Source of the DNA: Verrucomicrobiota bacterium
Lineage (GTDB): Bacteria; Verrucomicrobiota; Verrucomicrobiia; Limisphaerales; UBA11358
Assembly (NCBI GenBank): GCA_049522015.1
Contig: JBEKOG010000001.1
Location: 142,659-206,658 of the forward strand
Reading direction: 5' to 3'
Length of the DNA: 64,000 bases
A program made the position numbers and the translations under genes. Below, one piece after another: positions 59,659-64,000 of this stretch (its first letter is position 1; each line of letters begins with the position of its first letter). The notes below the pieces were generated by a model. It was not told the origin of the DNA, did not search any database, and saw only the letters and a program-made list of their open reading frames with translations.

Positions 59659-61950
59659 GTGATGCCTCGAAGTCGTTGTTTAAAGGCCAACCGTTTTCCT
59701 CGCGGTTGGTTTCAAAATTTCCTTGGGAATACCCTCAAGGATTTAACACCCCGCTGGTGGTTGGCCTTGGGAAGCCTGACGCTTCTCGCCTCGGCCTCGC
59801 CGGTTTTGGCCAATGATGACCTGCTCATTTATTCGGGTTATACCAATGTCGTTTACGGCACGATGACCTACAACAATGGGTGGCAAGATTGGGGCTGGGT
59901 GCCGCATTATGTCACCAATAATCCCAATTATAACGGCACCAACTCCATGGTGTTCGCCGCCAGCAGTAGTTATCAGGCGTGGCATCTGGAGCATGATCCG
60001 ATTGATACGACCCTATATACCAATCTGACGCTCTGGTTGAACGGCGGAACCAATGGCGGACAAACGGTTGGTGTCCAGGCTGAAAAGGGTTCATCATGGA
60101 AGACCCAGATACAAGTGAAGGCCCCAACCAATAGCTGGCAACAATTCACTTTCTCCCTGGTTTCCCTGGGCGTGGGCAATGTAACCAATCTGCAAGCGAT
60201 TGAGATTTGGAATGGTGGCACGTTGCAGTCCAACTTTTATATTGCTGGTATCACGCTTATAGCTGCGCCCACACCCGCAATCGTTCATGTCAGCGTCAAC
60301 GCCACGAACCCGGTGCGAACGGTGGACTCCCGGGTGTTCAGCGTCAACACGGCGGCCTGGGACGGTAATCTCGACACACCCACCACGGTTTTCATATTGA
60401 CGAACATGGATAATCAGGCGTTGCGCTGGCCCGGCGGCAGTTGGGGCGATGGCTACCATTGGACCAATGAAGCCTGGATGGATGGGGCGACCAGCGCGCG
60501 AACCTGGGGATCCTTTACCACCAATTTCATCCATGTGGCCACCAACACCCACGCCCAGGTTTACATGATTGCCAATTACGGCAGCAGTACGCCGGCGGAA
60601 GCCGCCTTTGGCGTCCGGATGTGCAACGTGACCAACCACGCGGGCTTCAAGTATTGGGAAATCGGTAATGAAGTCGGCGGCAGTTGGGAGACGGACAACA
60701 ACACCAACGCGCCGTGGCAGCCGCATGACCCTTGGACCTACGCAATGCGGTTCAAGGATTATTACAATCAAATGAAGGCGGTGGACCCGACCATCAAGAT
60801 CGGGGCGGTGGCGGACATTACCGAAGACGGCACGGCCAACTACACCAATCATCCGGTCGTCAACCCGCGCACCGGCGTGACGCACAACGGCTGGACGCCG
60901 GTGATGTTGTACACGATGCTGACCAACGGCGTGATTCCCGATTTTCTGATCGAGCACAAATATGCGCCCAACGACGGCGACACCTACAATCTGCTCTGGA
61001 CCCAGACCTGGTCTTCGGACGCGGCCAGCCTCCGGCAGATGCTGGTGGATTATCTGGGCAATGCGAACACGAACGTGGAACTCGACTGCACCGAGAACGG
61101 CTGCGGCGGCGACCGCCAGTCGGTGAGCCTCGTGGGCGGCTTGTTCTGGGCCGACAGCATCGGGCAGATTCTGCAAACCGAGTTCAACTCCCGCCTGTGG
61201 TGGGACCTGCGCAATGGGCAGAGCGGCATCCTTGTTTCCGACAACGCGCTCTACGGCTGGCGCACCGGCTGGTTCACCAATGTCGCCCTGCTCACCAACA
61301 CCGTGCAATTTTACTCCGACGGGGGCATCGTGACCGGCCTGGGGACCGAAGCAACCAATCGTTACCCGACGTTCTACTGTGGCAAGTTGATGCAATACTT
61401 CGCGCGCGGCGGTGACACGGTGGTTACGGTGACCAACGATTATCAGCTTCTCGGCACCTACGCCGTGCGTCGCACGAACGGGTCTTTGACCATGCTGGTG
61501 GTCAATAAAAGCTCCTACGCCAGCCTCAGCACCGCCATCAACCTTGCCGGTTACGTGCCGTTCTCCAACGCGACCATTTACTCGTATGGCATCCCGCAGG
61601 ACAACGCGGCGCGCACCGGCATCGGGTCAATGGACGTTGCACAGACAAATTCCCCGGTCGCCGGCACGAGCTTCAACTATACCTTCGCGCCCTATTCGGC
61701 CACGGTGCTCAGTCTCACGCCGGCAGCACCGTCACTCGTTGTGCTGGCATCGGCGCAAACGGCGCCCAGCCAGTTTGTCTTCCAGCTTCAGGGCCTGTCG
61801 GGAGTACCGTACGTGATTCAGATGTCCACCAATTTGACCTTGACGAATTGGATTGCGATTTCCACCAACACGCCGGCAAGTGGCACGCTCAACCTCACCA
61901 ACACCATGTCGTCCAGCGCGCAGTTCTATCGTGCGGTCTGGCACCCGTAA
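59659..61950 (+). CDS. Secreted clan GH-A glycoside hydrolase (family not assigned) with an N-terminal CBM-like module and the shared C-terminal ...FYR domain
   Basis: Signal-like WWLALGSLTLLASASPVLA, FKYWEIGNEVGGSWE (acid/base NE) and VELDCTENG (candidate nucleophile). The C-terminal ~60 aa align with those of the 14400 and 48245 proteins. Confidence 0.8.
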   Translation: MMPRSRCLKANRFPRGWFQNFLGNTLKDLTPRWWLALGSLTLLASASPVLANDDLLIYSGYTNVVYGTMTYNNGWQDWGWVPHYVTNNPNYNGTNSMVFAASSSYQAWHLEHDPIDTTLYTNLTLWLNGGTNGGQTVGVQAEKGSSWKTQIQVKAPTNSWQQFTFSLVSLGVGNVTNLQAIEIWNGGTLQSNFYIAGITLIAAPTPAIVHVSVNATNPVRTVDSRVFSVNTAAWDGNLDTPTTVFILTNMDNQALRWPGGSWGDGYHWTNEAWMDGATSARTWGSFTTNFIHVATNTHAQVYMIANYGSSTPAEAAFGVRMCNVTNHAGFKYWEIGNEVGGSWETDNNTNAPWQPHDPWTYAMRFKDYYNQMKAVDPTIKIGAVADITEDGTANYTNHPVVNPRTGVTHNGWTPVMLYTMLTNGVIPDFLIEHKYAPNDGDTYNLLWTQTWSSDAASLRQMLVDYLGNANTNVELDCTENGCGGDRQSVSLVGGLFWADSIGQILQTEFNSRLWWDLRNGQSGILVSDNALYGWRTGWFTNVALLTNTVQFYSDGGIVTGLGTEATNRYPTFYCGKLMQYFARGGDTVVTVTNDYQLLGTYAVRRTNGSLTMLVVNKSSYASLSTAINLAGYVPFSNATIYSYGIPQDNAARTGIGSMDVAQTNSPVAGTSFNYTFAPYSATVLSLTPAAPSLVVLASAQTAPSQFVFQLQGLSGVPYVIQMSTNLTLTNWIAISTNTPASGTLNLTNTMSSSAQFYRAVWHP

Positions 61951-62026
61951 GCATCGCGGAAGGAACGATAACAACGGAGCGCCGAACTCCGATTCGGCAC
62001 GAATCCGCCACACTTTGAGCTGCTCG

Positions 62027-63187
62027 TCAATTTGCGGGTGGTTGACGGCAGGCTTGCATGAACGACTGCTGCTTCAACCAGGCAATCAACTCATCAGCCA
62101 GGGTGCGATCGTCGGCCACGCGTGGATGGTTCCGGGTCCAGTGCGTGAAAATAAAATGACTGATGCCTTGATCGGTTGCTTCAAGTTGAGTTGCGGCGGA
62201 TTCCCAGGCCTGCCGCAGGAGTTCACTTTGCGCGCCGCCGTACATCCCCCCGCGCAGGAGCACGATGTGGGCGGACGGATATGCCGCGCGGATGGCGCGG
62301 ATGAGCGCGATATAGCCGTCGGTGTAGCCTGCGGGAAACGGTTGTCCGTGGGCCTTGGGATAGGAATCGTCGTTTTCACCAAAGTTCACAAAGATGACTT
62401 GCGGCACCCACTGCATCAGGTCTGCTCGCGGCGATGCCGGGTTGGGATAGATTCTGTCCCAGACCTCGCCGGCTTTTTTGTCAACCCATCCGGTGGCAAT
62501 GCCCATGCCGCTGACGGCAATGTTGCGATAATCAGCCGAGAACGCGGCGGCCGTCAGGGCGGTGTAACTGAGGGCGGCGTTGTGCGTGCGGCGATTGTCC
62601 CACTGGTCGGTATCACCATCTTCATTGCACGCGCCTACGGTGATCGAGTCGCCGAAAAATTCCATCCGGAGCCGGTAAACCGGCGCCGGCGGCGCCCAGG
62701 CTTTCTTACCGGCTGCCAATGTAACGCCACGAAAACGGACCGTGCCGGCATCCGCTTCACTGCGCTTGAAGAGCGCCAGGTGATGACGCCCGGGGCCGAA
62801 GCCGGCGCGCGTGGCAGGCTGGGCCGGTTTTCCTTCCCGAACTTCGACGACCGTGTTCGAGCCGTCCACCTCCGCGTTGAAAAAACACTGGCCTTGGGCA
62901 TCGTCAAAAAGCAAACCGAGGGTGTTGCCCTCGAAGTCGAGGCTGATGCGGCTGGCCTGCCAGACGATCACCGGCGCATTCGAATTGGAAAAATCAAACC
63001 GGCCTTCGTAACGGAAGCGCGCATCCGCCGCGGGAATTCGCAGCGTCAGGCGGTTGGTATGCAGTTCCGGCGCGGCCGCTGGTGGCGGGAAATTCTGCGG
63101 TGCGGCTGGACTGGGTCTGAAAGTACAGGCATCCAGCGTCAGCAGCGCGAGAACGAGGCCGATGTGGCGGGCATTGATGATTTTCAT
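62027..63187 (-). CDS. SGNH/GDSL hydrolase, carbohydrate esterase family 2-like lipoprotein
   Basis: Lipobox-like LLTLDAC, an N-terminal beta-sandwich-like region, then FFGDSITVG (Ser block), VNFGENDD and a C-terminal His region. Confidence 0.8.
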   Translation of the reverse strand: MKIINARHIGLVLALLTLDACTFRPSPAAPQNFPPPAAAPELHTNRLTLRIPAADARFRYEGRFDFSNSNAPVIVWQASRISLDFEGNTLGLLFDDAQGQCFFNAEVDGSNTVVEVREGKPAQPATRAGFGPGRHHLALFKRSEADAGTVRFRGVTLAAGKKAWAPPAPVYRLRMEFFGDSITVGACNEDGDTDQWDNRRTHNAALSYTALTAAAFSADYRNIAVSGMGIATGWVDKKAGEVWDRIYPNPASPRADLMQWVPQVIFVNFGENDDSYPKAHGQPFPAGYTDGYIALIRAIRAAYPSAHIVLLRGGMYGGAQSELLRQAWESAATQLEATDQGISHFIFTHWTRNHPRVADDRTLADELIAWLKQQSFMQACRQPPAN

Positions 63188-63200
63188 CTGCTTGGACGAA

Positions 63201-63422
63201 TTAATACCCCTGTTTCAACAGCCAGTAAACCGCGAACATCAGCGCGATACATGCCAGCGACATCAGTAACGCGCTGCTGATTAAAAAAGATGCGGCAGTC
63301 ATCGCCACGCCGCCGACAAACGGGATCGTGGCCCGCTGCCGCCAGCCGTAAATCAGATAACCACTGGCAATCGCGCTCCAAATGCACGACGCCCAGAGAT
63401 AATGTTCATTGAGTAAATCCAC
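63201..63422 (-). CDS. Small hypothetical membrane protein (73 aa)
   Basis: Two to three hydrophobic helices. It lies 13 nt upstream of the esterase gene on the same strand. Confidence 0.45.
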   Translation of the reverse strand: MDLLNEHYLWASCIWSAIASGYLIYGWRQRATIPFVGGVAMTAASFLISSALLMSLACIALMFAVYWLLKQGY

Positions 63423-63515
63423 GCTCCGTCATTATGCCGGAACCTGCCGTCGCTGGCCAGCGTCTCCGGCAACGAACTTGTTGGTTTTAGGCACGCATCG
63501 TGCTAATTTAATGCC

Positions 63516-63725
63516 GTGAACCGGTTCTTTAAGCCCAACCTTAATTTCCGCGGTCGCATGGCGCGCGGCGTCATCGGCACACTGTGTCTCGTTGCCGGGA
63601 TTGTCATTGCCGGCGACTATTCGTTGTGGGGGCTGATTTTTGTGGTGGCGGGATTGTTCGCCATTTTTGAATCACTTCGCGGCTGGTGTCTCGTGCGCGC
63701 GTGCGGTGTCAGAACCAGGTTCTAA
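63516..63725 (+). CDS. Small membrane protein, DUF2892 (YgaP-like) type
   Basis: 69 aa with two TM helices and a C-terminal RGWCLVRACG, resembling the DUF2892 G-W-C-P pattern. Confidence 0.5.
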   Translation: MNRFFKPNLNFRGRMARGVIGTLCLVAGIVIAGDYSLWGLIFVVAGLFAIFESLRGWCLVRACGVRTRF

Positions 63726-63774
63726 GGCGCAAAAATCATTTCCCTCGCGGGGCGCTCATTTATGCTGAAGGCAA

Positions 63775-64000
63775 ATGATTCCCTGGCTTGAGTCGTTGGC
63801 TGATGCCTTGTTCGCCTTGTCGGGAGCGGGGATCGGATTTTGGTTTTCGCGGCTGAAAAAACCTTACTGGACGCTTGGCTATTTCATCCCACTTTCGTTG
63901 ATTCTTCTCTACGGTTTTGCCATGCATAAACCCGCGACGTGGTTTGTCCCGCCGATTTCGTGGTTGATGCTGGGCCGCAGGAAATTTGCCGTCATTGGTT
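63775..64000 (+). CDS. 5' part of a membrane protein gene running off the window
   Basis: The ATG at 63775 opens a frame (MIPWLESLADALFALSGAGIGFWFSRLKKPYWTLGYFIPLSLILLYGF...) with no stop up to position 64000. Confidence 0.45.
   Translation, partial: MIPWLESLADALFALSGAGIGFWFSRLKKPYWTLGYFIPLSLILLYGFAMHKPATWFVPPISWLMLGRRKFAVIG

Overview
This is a gene-dense 64-kb chromosomal window with about 48 protein-coding genes, mostly on the minus strand. I saw no rRNA, tRNA, CRISPR array, integrase or transposase. All calls come from reading the sequence and the ORF track; no homology search was possible, so family names rest on motifs I recognise and start codons are best guesses.

The housekeeping backbone is gyrB-(vapBC)-gyrA, gcvP, bioB, lepB, leuA, hom-lysC, pdxH, a PiT/DUF47 phosphate pair and two enolase genes. 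The accessory content points to a PVC-group, Verrucomicrobia-like bacterium, which is inference only. It includes:
- a DUF1573-cytochrome c protein
- FHA/REC/DUF4388 and FHA/B-box membrane proteins
- glycoside hydrolases and lectin-decorated proteins (PA14, CBM9, LamG)
- large secreted repeat proteins

The most interesting region is a tightly coupled minus-strand cassette at 31641-39487. Its genes, in order, are a small AAA+ ATPase, dynamin-like GTPase 1, a metallophosphoesterase fusion, dynamin-like GTPase 2, a cytosolic FGE/SUMF1-like protein, a Cys-rich protein and a 53-aa coiled-coil ORF absent from the ORF track. It lies directly downstream of a CPA2 antiporter-USP-divergent enolase operon. 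I know of no described system with this composition, so it is a candidate conflict or membrane-surveillance module.

The second theme is a heavy load of short hairpin, heptamer and MITE-like repeats:
- Several sit in frame inside conserved genes: GT9, gcvP (three sites), an M14 peptidase, hom and DLP1.
- One family forms the leader abutting the start codon of four minus-strand genes.

Other notable points:
- An in-frame TAG splits a DUF481 outer-membrane gene.
- The canonical eno 3' end is present three times, bracketing inserted DNA.
- A retropepsin-like gene has Asn in place of the catalytic Asp.
- The enolase paralog has Pro at the conserved Mg-binding Ser.
- Three secreted proteins share a C-terminal ...FYR domain.
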